Source of the DNA: Spirochaetia bacterium
GTDB taxonomy: Bacteria; Spirochaetota; Spirochaetia; WTKD01; G963693115
Reading direction: 5' to 3'
DNA length: 64,000 nucleotides
Assembly: GCA_965226055.1 (NCBI GenBank)
Contig: CBDDCA010000004.1
Span: 96,001-160,000 of the forward strand
Positions 31,176-41,571 of this stretch are shown here, piece after piece. The position numbers were made by a program, and so were the translations under genes. The stretch's first letter is position 1. Each line of letters begins with the position of its first letter. The notes beneath the pieces were generated by a model. That model was not told the origin of the DNA, ran no database searches, and was given only the letters and a program-made list of their open reading frames with translations.

Positions 31176-32339
31176 ATGGGTAGCTCTCAATATATTATTT
31201 TTGCAGGAGGAGGGAGTGGAGGTCATGTATTTCCTGGATTAGCAGTGTGGGAATCTTTACAGGAACGAGATATGTGTAATTGTATATGGATAGGATCTCA
31301 CAATGGACCTGAAAAATCACTTGTTACTAAGTACGGAATTCCTTTTTATGCAATAGCAACTGGAAAATTGAGGCGATATATGTCACTGAAAAATGTAAGT
31401 GATATATATCGTATTATGATGGGTATTGTGCAAGCACGGAAATTATTGAAAAAACATAAAGCACGATATGTTATCTCTACGGGAGGGTTTGCTTCTTTTC
31501 CTGTTGTGTTTGCTGCATGGACTTTAGGGATACCTGTAGCAAGCGTTATACTTGATATTAGTCTTAGTTTAGCAAATAAGCTCAATAAAGCATTTTCTTC
31601 TGTGTTGTTCTTTTCGTATGCTTTAACTATGGATAAGGTAAAAAGTAAAGTTCCGAAAGTATATTCTGCGTATCCTGTACGTTCCCAAATATATGCAGCA
31701 AACCCAGTTCTTATCGAACAATTATACGATGTCAATGTATATGATAAAAGAGTACATAACAATACTTCCTCCGTGTATCAGAAACATAAGAAAATTATTT
31801 TTTGTGTGGGAGGAAGTCTTGGTGCAAAACAAATAAATGATGTAGTCGTTCATCTACGAAAAGTACTTTCGGATGATGTGCTTATATTTCATCAGAAAGG
31901 GAAGCAACTTGAACAACAGGTTTCTCACATACAAAAAGGCAATACACAACAAGAAAGCATATCTCCCCATAATTATATTCAAAAAGATTTTTTTTCAAAA
32001 GAGTATGCACATATATTGGCAGCTGCAGATCTTGTGCTCAGCCGTGCTGGGACAGGTGCAATTTGGGAATGTATAGTGTTATCACGTCCTACATTACTGC
32101 TTCCTTTACCTCACTCTCATTCACGGGGAGATCAAATAGAAAATGCTGCGTATTTTGCAAAAAAAGGAGCAATGATTGATCTTGGAACAGATATGTCTTC
32201 TCAAGATATAGTGAAATCTATACAACTATTGCTCTATGACGAGGAAAGACAAAAAGAGTTATCAATGGAATGTCATGCACTGCTCCCTTCTCATAAGAGT
32301 GCGGATATTATTGCAGACTATATTGTATCTTGTGTATAA
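31176..32339 (+). CDS. murG: UDP-GlcNAc:lipid I transferase MurG
   Basis: GGGSGGHVFPG, TGKLRRY, STGGFAS, GGSLGA, SRAG, RGDQIENA. Confidence 0.95.
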   Translation: MGSSQYIIFAGGGSGGHVFPGLAVWESLQERDMCNCIWIGSHNGPEKSLVTKYGIPFYAIATGKLRRYMSLKNVSDIYRIMMGIVQARKLLKKHKARYVISTGGFASFPVVFAAWTLGIPVASVILDISLSLANKLNKAFSSVLFFSYALTMDKVKSKVPKVYSAYPVRSQIYAANPVLIEQLYDVNVYDKRVHNNTSSVYQKHKKIIFCVGGSLGAKQINDVVVHLRKVLSDDVLIFHQKGKQLEQQVSHIQKGNTQQESISPHNYIQKDFFSKEYAHILAAADLVLSRAGTGAIWECIVLSRPTLLLPLPHSHSRGDQIENAAYFAKKGAMIDLGTDMSSQDIVKSIQLLLYDEERQKELSMECHALLPSHKSADIIADYIVSCV

Positions 32340-32398
32340 TAAATATATTGGTATGTAGTATAGGTTCGCATACATATAATATATAAAGGCGATATAGA

Positions 32399-32896
32399 AT
32401 GGGTCAAGTTATAAATTTTTTAATTATTGCTATTTGTCTTTATTTTGCTATAAGAGGGCTATTTTTTGGTTTTGTATCAGGAATATTTTCTTTACTTGCA
32501 TATGTCATAAGTTATTTTGCTGCAGTGATGCTTGCTCCTGTGTTGATACAACTTGTAAAAGAGAATATTGCTATAAATGAACTTCTTATTCAGATAATTT
32601 CATATGTCGTAATTTTTTTACTATCTTATATTATCATTAAGATTATTGAAATGCAGGTAGCTCGTATTACAAATACTAGTATATTATCAGGATTAAACAG
32701 AGTGTCAGGGATTATATTAGGGTTGTTGCAAGGGATAGTGGTAGTAGTATTTATTGATTTTCTTCTACAGGTACAGCCTGTATTTGAATTTTCTTCATTT
32801 CTTAATAGTAGCTCTATCCTTATGTACTTGCGTGATATGTCCACTGTAGTACATCAGTACATACGTACTGTTATTCCTTCTACTCCTAGTATATAG
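32399..32896 (+). CDS. cvpA: CvpA (colicin V production) family membrane protein
   Basis: RGLFFGF, LNRVSGIILGLLQG, four TM helices; conserved position after murG. Confidence 0.85.
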   Translation: MGQVINFLIIAICLYFAIRGLFFGFVSGIFSLLAYVISYFAAVMLAPVLIQLVKENIAINELLIQIISYVVIFLLSYIIIKIIEMQVARITNTSILSGLNRVSGIILGLLQGIVVVVFIDFLLQVQPVFEFSSFLNSSSILMYLRDMSTVVHQYIRTVIPSTPSI

Positions 32897-34146
32897 TGGT
32901 ATCTCCAATGTTTGAGTCTATTATAGGGTACAGTGAAATATGTAAACAATGTGCAGAATTTGTACGTACTAACTCTACCCCTTCTGTATTTCTTATATCA
33001 GGAAATCGTTATGCTGGTAAATGTAGTATTGCTCTTGAATTTTCACGCCTGTTGCTTTGTGAAAGAACAACCGAAGAAATATCTTCACAAGCACAGTGTA
33101 TGTGTAATAGCTGTATGCTAGCAAGAAAACAGAATCATCCTGATATTAAAGTGTTAGGAAACCGAAATTTTTCTATTGAGCTTGATGCTGTGTTTAATGC
33201 CTTTATTGCTAATAAACAGGAGCAGACAAGACAGGCTTTGTTACAGGTATTGAGAAAATTGCTTGCAAGAGCAGACTTTATTGTATGGGAAGATACAGAA
33301 GTTTGGTCCTCAGGCATAAAATCTGCAAGTGCAGCTCTGGCTGATCAGTTATACAAGTACGAAACAATGGAAACTGATGAATGGCAACGGCTCTCTGTGA
33401 GTGTGTTTACTGATATATACAAGGCAGCAGTAAAACTTATTCAGTCTTTTCCTGAACAAATGTACACGGTAAAAGGTGTTCGCAATATTATTTCTTGGGC
33501 TAAAGTAAGTTCGCGTAGTAATCTAAAAATAGTAATTTTCGAATATGCTGATAAAATGTCAAGTATGGTCGAAAATATGCTCTTAAAAACATTAGAGGAG
33601 AGTCCACAAAATACTATTTTTTTTGTATTAAGTGATAACCCCTATGCATTGTTAGAGACTACACGTTCACGATTGTTTCATTTATCTGTTCCTCAACGAT
33701 CTATAGCACAGGAATTACAGGTAATTGAACAAATTTTGGGAGTAACACAGGAACAGCTAGATACTAAAAAAATACCCATTAAAACGATACGAGATTTTAT
33801 GCAGCATTTTTCACAATCACAAGGGAATCATGATGTATCTATGTATGCTGATAGGTATTTACATGCTCTTCAACAACACAAGCATTTTGATGCTACATTA
33901 TTAGAATTTCTTCGTGCCACTCATACAAAACAATCAAAGCTGGCTCTGTTTTTTTTGGAAATGATACGTACTAAAATTCATCAATACCTATTTACCTCGC
34001 AGAAATATGCAACAGCATTGCCATTGATATGGAAAACAGTAGAAGAAACATATATAAGAATAGAAAAGTATCATGTATCACCAAAGTATATTTTAGAATC
34101 TCTTTACTATTCATTAGCTCAGTGGTATGAAAAATTTTCTCTCTAA
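32896..34146 (+). CDS. holB: DNA polymerase III delta' subunit-like
   Basis: FESIIG, degenerate Walker A GNRYAGK, Zn motif LLC...CMCNSC...HPD, NMLLKTLEESP, LLETTRSR. Confidence 0.8.
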   Translation: MVSPMFESIIGYSEICKQCAEFVRTNSTPSVFLISGNRYAGKCSIALEFSRLLLCERTTEEISSQAQCMCNSCMLARKQNHPDIKVLGNRNFSIELDAVFNAFIANKQEQTRQALLQVLRKLLARADFIVWEDTEVWSSGIKSASAALADQLYKYETMETDEWQRLSVSVFTDIYKAAVKLIQSFPEQMYTVKGVRNIISWAKVSSRSNLKIVIFEYADKMSSMVENMLLKTLEESPQNTIFFVLSDNPYALLETTRSRLFHLSVPQRSIAQELQVIEQILGVTQEQLDTKKIPIKTIRDFMQHFSQSQGNHDVSMYADRYLHALQQHKHFDATLLEFLRATHTKQSKLALFFLEMIRTKIHQYLFTSQKYATALPLIWKTVEETYIRIEKYHVSPKYILESLYYSLAQWYEKFSL

Positions 34147-35320
34147 AGCAAAACGTACTCTTTCAAAATTAGATAATCAACAGATTATAGAATTGTACTC
34201 TAATGTGCTAGGTGAACAGAGTAATATTGATAGTTTATTTCAGTCTTTACCAGAATTATTTATTATCTATGATATAACGGGGAGGATACTATTTTATAGT
34301 AATCATTTGTTAGATCGCTACGGGTTTGTAAAACGGATAAAAGGAAAATACATATGGGATGCTCTTATCAATACTCAGTTATCTGAAAAAATACAAAAGG
34401 CACTTAAAAATAATGAAGATGTAGATGAAGTATTACTCGTAAAACATGACTCTAAAAGTGATGAAATGTATCACACACGGTTTCGTACTTTACCGTTTGT
34501 GCAAGAAAAAAAAATTACAGGAACAATACTCATTGTTTCTGATTATACTGCAGAAAAACAGTATATTGAAGATATATTGCGTTTTGGGAGGATATCTTCA
34601 ATGTCCGATATATCAAGTGGCATTGCCCATGAGATAAGAAACCCTCTTGCTGCTATTGGACTGCATTTACACTTAATACAGAAAGAAATTGATCGCATAT
34701 CAAAACAAAATCCTACTATTGAAACAGAAAAACTTACACGATATACAAAAATTATTGAAGAAGAATGTCAGTCTATGGATGATGTTGTAAGTTTCTTTTT
34801 GTATAATACAAAGAAAGAGTCATTTGATGTGGATATGACAGATATCAATAGTCTTATTCGATCAGTGTTAGAGTTAATCGTCCCTGAATGTGAGCAAAAG
34901 AATATACATGTTTATACGCAATTAAGTGATGGAGAAGCGTTTGTTCTTATTGCTCCATCGGCAATACGGCATGTATTACTAAATTTGATAAAGAATGCAA
35001 TGGATGCTATGACACAAGAAGATACAAATGACAAAGCCTCAAAAGATATTACCATAGGGAGTAGAGTAAAAGATAATATAGTACAGGTATGTGTTGCTGA
35101 TACAGGGAAAGGGATAGACAAAAGCATTAAAGATAAAATTTTTAATGCCTATTTTACTACAAAGGACGATGGTACTGGTATTGGATTAGCTATTGTAGAA
35201 AAAATTATGGAGCTTCATAAAGGAAAGATATATCTTGATACGCAATATAAAAAAGGAGCTTGTTTTGTATTAGAGTTTCCAGCCTATGCAAAATATTTTT
35301 TACAGAAAGAATCTTCTTAG
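34127..35320 (+). CDS. PAS-domain sensor histidine kinase (Hk2-like)
   Basis: IAHEIRNPL, NLIKNAMDA, DTGKGI, FTTKDDGTGIGL; cytoplasmic; overlaps the holB stop. Confidence 0.93.
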   Translation: MKNFLSKAKRTLSKLDNQQIIELYSNVLGEQSNIDSLFQSLPELFIIYDITGRILFYSNHLLDRYGFVKRIKGKYIWDALINTQLSEKIQKALKNNEDVDEVLLVKHDSKSDEMYHTRFRTLPFVQEKKITGTILIVSDYTAEKQYIEDILRFGRISSMSDISSGIAHEIRNPLAAIGLHLHLIQKEIDRISKQNPTIETEKLTRYTKIIEEECQSMDDVVSFFLYNTKKESFDVDMTDINSLIRSVLELIVPECEQKNIHVYTQLSDGEAFVLIAPSAIRHVLLNLIKNAMDAMTQEDTNDKASKDITIGSRVKDNIVQVCVADTGKGIDKSIKDKIFNAYFTTKDDGTGIGLAIVEKIMELHKGKIYLDTQYKKGACFVLEFPAYAKYFLQKESS

Positions 35321-35396
35321 TCTACATTATACACAAAACAGTGCTATAATAAGAGTACGGTGTAAGTAATATATGCTACTCCTATGAAACATAAGT

Positions 35397-36743
35397 ATGA
35401 AATTTAGAATTCTTATAGCAGATGATGAAGTGAATCTCAGAGCAGGCCTTATAGAAGTACTAAGTAGTGATTACGAGGTGCAAGGAGTTGCCAATGGAAA
35501 AGAAGCAATACAAAAGCTGTCTGAGGAAGAGTTTGATCTAGTATTATCAGATGTCAAAATGTCTCCAGTATCAGGAGAGGCACTGTTAAATCATATTATA
35601 ACAAACTATTCTACTATACCAGTTATTATGTTTACTGGACATGGAACAGTAAAAAATGCAGTAGATGCAATGCACAGGGGAGCTTTTGATTATATTAGTA
35701 AGCCTATCAATATACAGCATTTACAACAGCTTATTCGTCGTGCTTTGCAAAATCGTAATGTATCATTGAAAAATAGAGCGATAGATGAAGAGCTAGCACA
35801 GCTAAGCGAACAACTTCATTTTATTACTAAGAATAAAAGAATGCTTCAGTTATTGGATAATATAAAGTTGATTGCGCCTACTAATTCTGTTGTCTTACTG
35901 ACAGGAGAAAGCGGAGTAGGGAAAGAGATTCTTTGTAATCGTATTCATAAGTTATCCGATAGGAGTAATAAGCCCATAGTCTTCGTGCATTGTGCGGCAT
36001 TATCCGAATCGTTGCTTGAGAGCGAGCTATTTGGTCACGAAAAAGGAGCATTTACTGGTGCTATTGCACAACGTAAAGGGCGCTTTGAGCTTGCAGACGG
36101 AGGGACTATATTTTTAGATGAAATAGGGGAGATAGATAAAAACCTTCAAGTGAAACTTTTACGTGTCTTGCAAGAAAAAAGTTTTGAGCGTGTAGGAGGA
36201 GAAGAATCTATTAGTGTTGATGTGAGGATTATTGCTGCAACTAATAGAAATTTACGACAGGAAGTTGAAAACGGTAATTTTAGAGAAGATTTGTACTATC
36301 GTTTAAGTGTCATTCATATTGAAGTGCCTTCTTTGAGTGACAGGCCTGAAGATGTACTACTATATGCACAACATTTTTTGCAGCAATTTTTAGTGTTATA
36401 CAATAAACAACACATACAGGGATTTTCAAAAAAAGTACTTCTCATTTTTACGAAGTATCATTGGCCAGGAAACATACGTGAATTACGTAATTGTGTAGAA
36501 CGAGCTGTTATTATTGCTCGTTCTAAGATAATCAATGTAGAGGATCTTCCTAATGAAATTCGTGAAGAAAGAGGAGCTCGTCATATAGAGTTTTCGTTAG
36601 GGATGCGTCTTGAAGAAGTAGAAAGGCTGTATATACAGCGGATGCTTGATTATTTTGATGGTAATAAAAGTGAAACTGCAAAAGCACTAGGTATTGGACG
36701 CAAGACACTTCATAATAAAATCAATAAGTATAATTTATTGTAG
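35397..36743 (+). CDS. Sigma54-dependent NtrC-family response regulator (Rrp2-like)
   Basis: Receiver domain (ADDE, SDVKM), GESGVGKE, GAFTGA, FLDEIGE, WPGNIREL, C-terminal Fis-type HTH. Confidence 0.95.
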   Translation: MKFRILIADDEVNLRAGLIEVLSSDYEVQGVANGKEAIQKLSEEEFDLVLSDVKMSPVSGEALLNHIITNYSTIPVIMFTGHGTVKNAVDAMHRGAFDYISKPINIQHLQQLIRRALQNRNVSLKNRAIDEELAQLSEQLHFITKNKRMLQLLDNIKLIAPTNSVVLLTGESGVGKEILCNRIHKLSDRSNKPIVFVHCAALSESLLESELFGHEKGAFTGAIAQRKGRFELADGGTIFLDEIGEIDKNLQVKLLRVLQEKSFERVGGEESISVDVRIIAATNRNLRQEVENGNFREDLYYRLSVIHIEVPSLSDRPEDVLLYAQHFLQQFLVLYNKQHIQGFSKKVLLIFTKYHWPGNIRELRNCVERAVIIARSKIINVEDLPNEIREERGARHIEFSLGMRLEEVERLYIQRMLDYFDGNKSETAKALGIGRKTLHNKINKYNLL

Positions 36744-36820
36744 GAGATACAGTATCTTTTTTGCTAAGGAGGAAGAGCTGTCCTTATAGCAAACAGCTCT
36801 CCAGATATTAGAGTCAGCTC

Positions 36821-37240
36821 TTAAAAAGACACTTCCTCAACTTCAGTGTTTCCTTGAACTTGCGACTCAGCTTCAAAGTTTTGGTTTTCTTGTTCTTTGC
36901 TGTTACTGCTCTGCTTTTTTTTAGGGAAAAAATCAGCGTGTTCCCCAATGACTTTTATGGTCTGTCGTGCATTATCATTGGCATCTTTCCAACGTTCCTG
37001 TTTCAGCCTGCCAACAATTCTAATGCCATTGCCTTTATGTAAATATTTTGCGCAATTTTCAGCGGTTTTTCCCCAGAACTCAATTTGAAAAAATGAAGTC
37101 TCTTGGATATTTACATCATCTTTTTTATAGAATCTATTGCAGCCTATGGAAAAAGTACATAGACTTTTTGATTCAATTTGTTTTAGTGTAGGATCTTGAG
37201 TAAGATGTCCTTCTAATAGTACAGAATTTAAGTTATTCAT
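36821..37240 (-). CDS. ssb: Single-stranded DNA-binding protein
   Basis: LNSVLLEGHLTQDP, FWGKTAENC, VGRLKQERW, acidic tail EEVSF; RBS aggagg. Confidence 0.95.
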   Translation of the reverse strand: MNNLNSVLLEGHLTQDPTLKQIESKSLCTFSIGCNRFYKKDDVNIQETSFFQIEFWGKTAENCAKYLHKGNGIRIVGRLKQERWKDANDNARQTIKVIGEHADFFPKKKQSSNSKEQENQNFEAESQVQGNTEVEEVSF

Positions 37241-37328
37241 GTAACCTCCTTATATAGAGTAATATATGTATTTCTTGCTTTTGATTGAAAAAATCAATAA
37301 AAAATAAGAAAATACAGTACAATGAAAT

Positions 37329-37784
37329 ATGCAAAGAAAAGACAATAGCAATGCTCTATTACACTATAGAGTAACAATGCAAGTACGAGATTACGAATGT
37401 GATACACAGGGAGTAGTGAACAATGCAGTGTATCTTAACTATTTAGAGCATGCACGAAATCAGCTTTTTTGGAATAAAGGGCTTTCTTTGACAGATTTAC
37501 ATGCTATAGGGGAAGATCCTGTTGTTGCAAAAATTGAAGTACAATATATGCGTTCTTTACATGCACGGTCCTATTTTTATGTTGATACTCAGGTGGAAAC
37601 AAAAGGGAATTTTAAGCTCCTCTTTCATCAAACAATACTAAAAGGATCATCACAGCAAAGAGAACAGGAGGCTAATGATATAGAATCGATAGTACACGCA
37701 AAGGCTATCGTTACTGTGGCTGTACTACAGCAAGGGAGTCCAACACGGATAAAAAATACAACATTATACACTGCACTTGTGTAG
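37329..37784 (+). CDS. Acyl-CoA thioesterase (YbgC/FadM hot-dog family)
   Basis: VRDYECDTQGVVNNAVYLNYLEHAR. Confidence 0.9.
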   Translation: MQRKDNSNALLHYRVTMQVRDYECDTQGVVNNAVYLNYLEHARNQLFWNKGLSLTDLHAIGEDPVVAKIEVQYMRSLHARSYFYVDTQVETKGNFKLLFHQTILKGSSQQREQEANDIESIVHAKAIVTVAVLQQGSPTRIKNTTLYTALV

Positions 37785-37815
37785 CTGTGTATCTGCTCTA
37801 TTGTGTATTGTGTCC

Positions 37816-38319
37816 TTAAGATTTACAGCCACATGAGCCACCACAGCCACACCCTTGATTTTCATCAGGCACTGTAATATTGGTGATAGTGGCAGTAAAA
37901 AATAACTCTTTTCCCGCTAAAGGATGATTGCCATCTACTGTTATCAGATCATTTTCCACTGCAGTAATAGTCATCTGTGTATTGTTGATAGAGACAGTGT
38001 TTCCTACTGTAATTTGGTAGTCAGCAGGAAAAGAATTGCGAGGAAGTACATGTACTAAACGGGAGTCCTTCTCTCCATATGCTTCGCCTGCAGGAATGCT
38101 AAAGGTTCGTGTCTCTCCCACAACTGCCCCTTCAAGATTTTTTTCTAAACCGGGAATTGCATCACCAAAGCCAGCGAGGAATGTGTATTCTCCACTATGC
38201 TCCGAGCTTCCCAATATAGTATTATCTTTATCAGCAAAAGAGTACTCTATACTGATGCTGTAGCCTTGTTCTACTTGCAATGTGTTTTGTGATATGTTTT
38301 GTTGCATTTCGTTACTCAT
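37816..38319 (-). CDS. slyD: SlyD-type FKBP peptidyl-prolyl isomerase
   Basis: IPGLE, AYGE, VDGNHPLAGKEL, Cys/Gly tail GCGCGGSCGC. Confidence 0.9.
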   Translation of the reverse strand: MSNEMQQNISQNTLQVEQGYSISIEYSFADKDNTILGSSEHSGEYTFLAGFGDAIPGLEKNLEGAVVGETRTFSIPAGEAYGEKDSRLVHVLPRNSFPADYQITVGNTVSINNTQMTITAVENDLITVDGNHPLAGKELFFTATITNITVPDENQGCGCGGSCGCKS

Positions 38320-38394
38320 AACGATATATATTGTAGTACAAATTGTTTTTTTTTGCTATTGTAGTTTTTGTGTTTTTATGGTATATTTTTAAGT

Positions 38395-39750
38395 ATGAGT
38401 ACCTATAGCATACATTTAGAGAATTTGAGGGCTATTAAAAAAGCTGATATACAACTGAAGGGTATTACAGTGCTAGCAGGACCAAATAGTTCTGGCAAGA
38501 GTACTATCTCTAAGTTTTTTTATCATTTCATAGGCTCTGTAATGAATTTTGAAAGGAAAGAATTATTTGATTTTTTTAGTTTGCTGCGTAAGATTGACAC
38601 AAGTATACACAGATTTTTGTTACGAGTTGAAGATGAAAAGGTAGCTGGTAATGAGAAATTAAAGGTATATCTTAAATCATGGCAATCTCTTGTTATAATT
38701 TTCAGAGATATTGGAGAGAATAAGGAAAATAAGGATATTAATTATTTTATTGATTGTATAGATACAGAATTAAATAAGTGGATAGAGGCTATAAAGAGTA
38801 TTGTTTATTTTATGCAAACATTAGATATAGATGATTTGGACATTTTTGATGAGTTTAGTAGTGTATTTACAAGAGAAGAAAGAAAAAGAATGATTCAGAG
38901 TGATAATGATATAAGTATTGATACCATAGTTGAATTGCTGATTACTATAATCAAGGATAAGTATAAGCACAGAAAAGAAAATATAAAAGAAAGATCAGAA
39001 GATACTCTTCGTTCTATGGTCAATAAAAGATTACATATTCCAATATCCGATAACTATTTCTATGATATACAAAAAAATAATCATTCTCTAAAACGAAATG
39101 GAAAGGTAGAGGATATGCAGGAGTGTAATATTACTTATATTATACCAACACATGATATGGAGAATAGAAGAGAAATGTCAGGATATTGGCCACAAGAAGA
39201 AAAAGAACACGTTACTCCTTCTGAGGATAGTAGTATATATTCTTTATTTGTGTCAGATACATTCTTAGGAGGAGATGTAAAAAAACAAGGTGATAATAAA
39301 TTACAGTATATTCAAAAATATCATCCATATCCTTTTTCTTTAGAAGATTGTGCGTCGGGAGTAAATTCAGTAGCACAGCTATTTTTAGCGTATAAGGAAG
39401 GGGGGAAGTTTGAGAAAGATGATATTGTTATTATTGATGAACCAGAGGTGCATTTACATCCAGCATGGATAGTAGAATATGCAAAGATCATTGTAGCTCT
39501 ACGTAAGGAGACAGAGGCTATTTTTCTTATTGCTACTCATAGTCCTTCTATGGTGTCTGCTCTTAAGTATATATCTGAAGCGAAGGATATGGATATAGGG
39601 GATGAGGTACTTTTTTATCTATCAAAGAAAGTAGAGGATGATCCTGATACATATGAGTTTACATCACAAGATCAGGATATTGATGAAATATATGGTTCTT
39701 TTAATGAATTTATGGATAGAATAGATGACATACAGAATGAAAAAGAATAA
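38395..39750 (+). CDS. ABC-type/AAA_15-AAA_21 ATPase (defence/toxin-associated type)
   Basis: ENLRAIKKADI, Walker A GPNSSGKS, helical insert, signature CASGV, Walker B IIDEPEVHLHP, IATHSP. Confidence 0.85.
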   Translation: MSTYSIHLENLRAIKKADIQLKGITVLAGPNSSGKSTISKFFYHFIGSVMNFERKELFDFFSLLRKIDTSIHRFLLRVEDEKVAGNEKLKVYLKSWQSLVIIFRDIGENKENKDINYFIDCIDTELNKWIEAIKSIVYFMQTLDIDDLDIFDEFSSVFTREERKRMIQSDNDISIDTIVELLITIIKDKYKHRKENIKERSEDTLRSMVNKRLHIPISDNYFYDIQKNNHSLKRNGKVEDMQECNITYIIPTHDMENRREMSGYWPQEEKEHVTPSEDSSIYSLFVSDTFLGGDVKKQGDNKLQYIQKYHPYPFSLEDCASGVNSVAQLFLAYKEGGKFEKDDIVIIDEPEVHLHPAWIVEYAKIIVALRKETEAIFLIATHSPSMVSALKYISEAKDMDIGDEVLFYLSKKVEDDPDTYEFTSQDQDIDEIYGSFNEFMDRIDDIQNEKE

Positions 39751-40339
39751 AAACAAAGCTGAAGATTGTGAAGGAAAAGACTGGAAGTATTCTCATGCAG
39801 TGACTACAAGCCATTCTCTTTTTAAAAAATATTGTTGTTGTAAAGAGCCTAACGGTACTAGCTATTGTAAATGTTGTCGTAAGTCTATCAAAGTTATAAA
39901 TTCTATTGATAATATTATTGAGAAGGATTATAAAAAGCATAAAAAAATATTTGATAAGCATAGAGGCATTGATGGTGATAAATTAGAAGAAATAATAAAT
40001 CCAGCAAAACAAGACCCATCAGTAGATCTAATTATAGGATTAAAAGGAAGAGAAAATAACGATAAAAGATTATTGTTTATTGAATGTAAATTTAAAGAAG
40101 GAAAACCATGGGCAAAATCAGGTAAAGATTGTAAAGGATATAGGGCAAAATATGATAAATATGATAAAATCAAACCTTTATTAGTTAGTGAAATCCGTGT
40201 ATGTAAAAGATATATAATACTGTGTAACAATGAGGGGCGTCAAGTAAACTATTCTAAACAAGAAGAAAATATAGGAGAAGAAAAGTACCTTCTTTGTTTT
40301 TATTCTCCTAAAAGACTATATGACAAGTATTTTAAGTAA
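39737..40339 (+). CDS. Basic Cys-rich hypothetical protein with a PD-(D/E)xK-like motif
   Basis: Overlaps the ATPase stop; CCCKEPNGTSYCKCC; DGD...PSVDLIIG...LFIECKF. Start ATG 39737 or 39725. Confidence 0.65.
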   Translation: MKKNKNKAEDCEGKDWKYSHAVTTSHSLFKKYCCCKEPNGTSYCKCCRKSIKVINSIDNIIEKDYKKHKKIFDKHRGIDGDKLEEIINPAKQDPSVDLIIGLKGRENNDKRLLFIECKFKEGKPWAKSGKDCKGYRAKYDKYDKIKPLLVSEIRVCKRYIILCNNEGRQVNYSKQEENIGEEKYLLCFYSPKRLYDKYFK

Positions 40340-40364
40340 TAGCCCTCTATATTTCTCCCCATAG

Positions 40365-41567
40365 CTACACCAAACCCTCCCGTTCATCAAATCCATAGTA
40401 TATATTAAAATTTTGTACTGCTTGCCCTGCAGCTCCTTTCCATAGGTTATCTATGGCACAGTGCAGTATAATACTGTTATCTTCGCAATGTGCGTATATA
40501 AGTGCAGTATTGGTGTTGCGTACATCTGCTGTCCCATGCATGATAGCAGTATGCTCTTCCTGTACCTGTACAAAATGCTCACCTACATATTGTGCATGCA
40601 GAGCCTCCTTTGCTCGTATGCTTTCTTTCTTTGATGACAATGGCACTGCAATAGTAGTAAACATGCCTTGAATGATGGGGGCAAGATGGGGACTAAACAC
40701 AAAGGAGCAGGGTGTTTCATTATCTGCCATCATGTGTTGTATGCACTGTTGTATTTCTGGTACATGACGATGCTGTAATCCTGATGCATATGCAGATATG
40801 TTTTCTTGGCGTTCACAGAACAGTAAATTTTGTGTTACTGTACGACCTGCTCCTGATATACCCGATATTGAATGAATATGGATAAGTCCTTCTACTGTAC
40901 AGTTTCTGATAACAGGCAGAAGAGGAAGCAATGCCGATGTAGGATAACAACCAGGGTTGGCAATAATAGGAGTTCTCGTATGCATGATATTGCCGTGTCG
41001 ACTATTACTAGCACTGTTTTTTATATTTGTACGATACCATTCGCTCAGTCCATATACTGCCGTTCGAAGTAGCTGTGGCTGAGGATGCTTATTTTTGTAG
41101 TACTGGGCATACAGTTCACCCTCTTTAAGACGAAAATCTGCAGAAAGATCTATTATGAGAGCTTTGGCATGAGAGCTATTTTCTGTTGCCGCGGTACTTT
41201 GCGAGCTTTTTTTGTCATCAGGGAGTTGTTGGAGAGGGAGAGAAGTAGCTGCTTTGTTTGTAGTACCAGAAAGAGCATAGAGGGTATGTATGTGCTGTGC
41301 CAATATGCCGTGAGGGAGACAGGAAAATACAGCAGAGTATGTAGTGTCAATGGTTTTTCCTAATATATCACGCGTAGAAACATACCGTTGTTGGTTATCA
41401 ATTTTTTCTAATAATGAAGTATCAAGAGAAGGAGAAAAAGCCTGTACGGGCGTTCCAGTAGCACTGTCTGAACTCACAGTTATGGTCTGTACATGGGGAT
41501 GACGCAATAACAAGCCTAATAATGTTGAACCTACATAGCCACGTGCTCCTAATAATAAAATATGCAT
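40365..41567 (-). CDS. argC: N-acetyl-gamma-glutamyl-phosphate reductase
   Basis: GARGYVG, CLPHG, IDLSADFRL, YGLSE, ANPGCYPT, SGISGAGR, HRHVPEI, IDNLWKGAAGQAVQN; start ATG 41567. Confidence 0.95.
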   Translation of the reverse strand: MHILLLGARGYVGSTLLGLLLRHPHVQTITVSSDSATGTPVQAFSPSLDTSLLEKIDNQQRYVSTRDILGKTIDTTYSAVFSCLPHGILAQHIHTLYALSGTTNKAATSLPLQQLPDDKKSSQSTAATENSSHAKALIIDLSADFRLKEGELYAQYYKNKHPQPQLLRTAVYGLSEWYRTNIKNSASNSRHGNIMHTRTPIIANPGCYPTSALLPLLPVIRNCTVEGLIHIHSISGISGAGRTVTQNLLFCERQENISAYASGLQHRHVPEIQQCIQHMMADNETPCSFVFSPHLAPIIQGMFTTIAVPLSSKKESIRAKEALHAQYVGEHFVQVQEEHTAIMHGTADVRNTNTALIYAHCEDNSIILHCAIDNLWKGAAGQAVQNFNIYYGFDEREGLV

Positions 41568-41571
41568 AATA

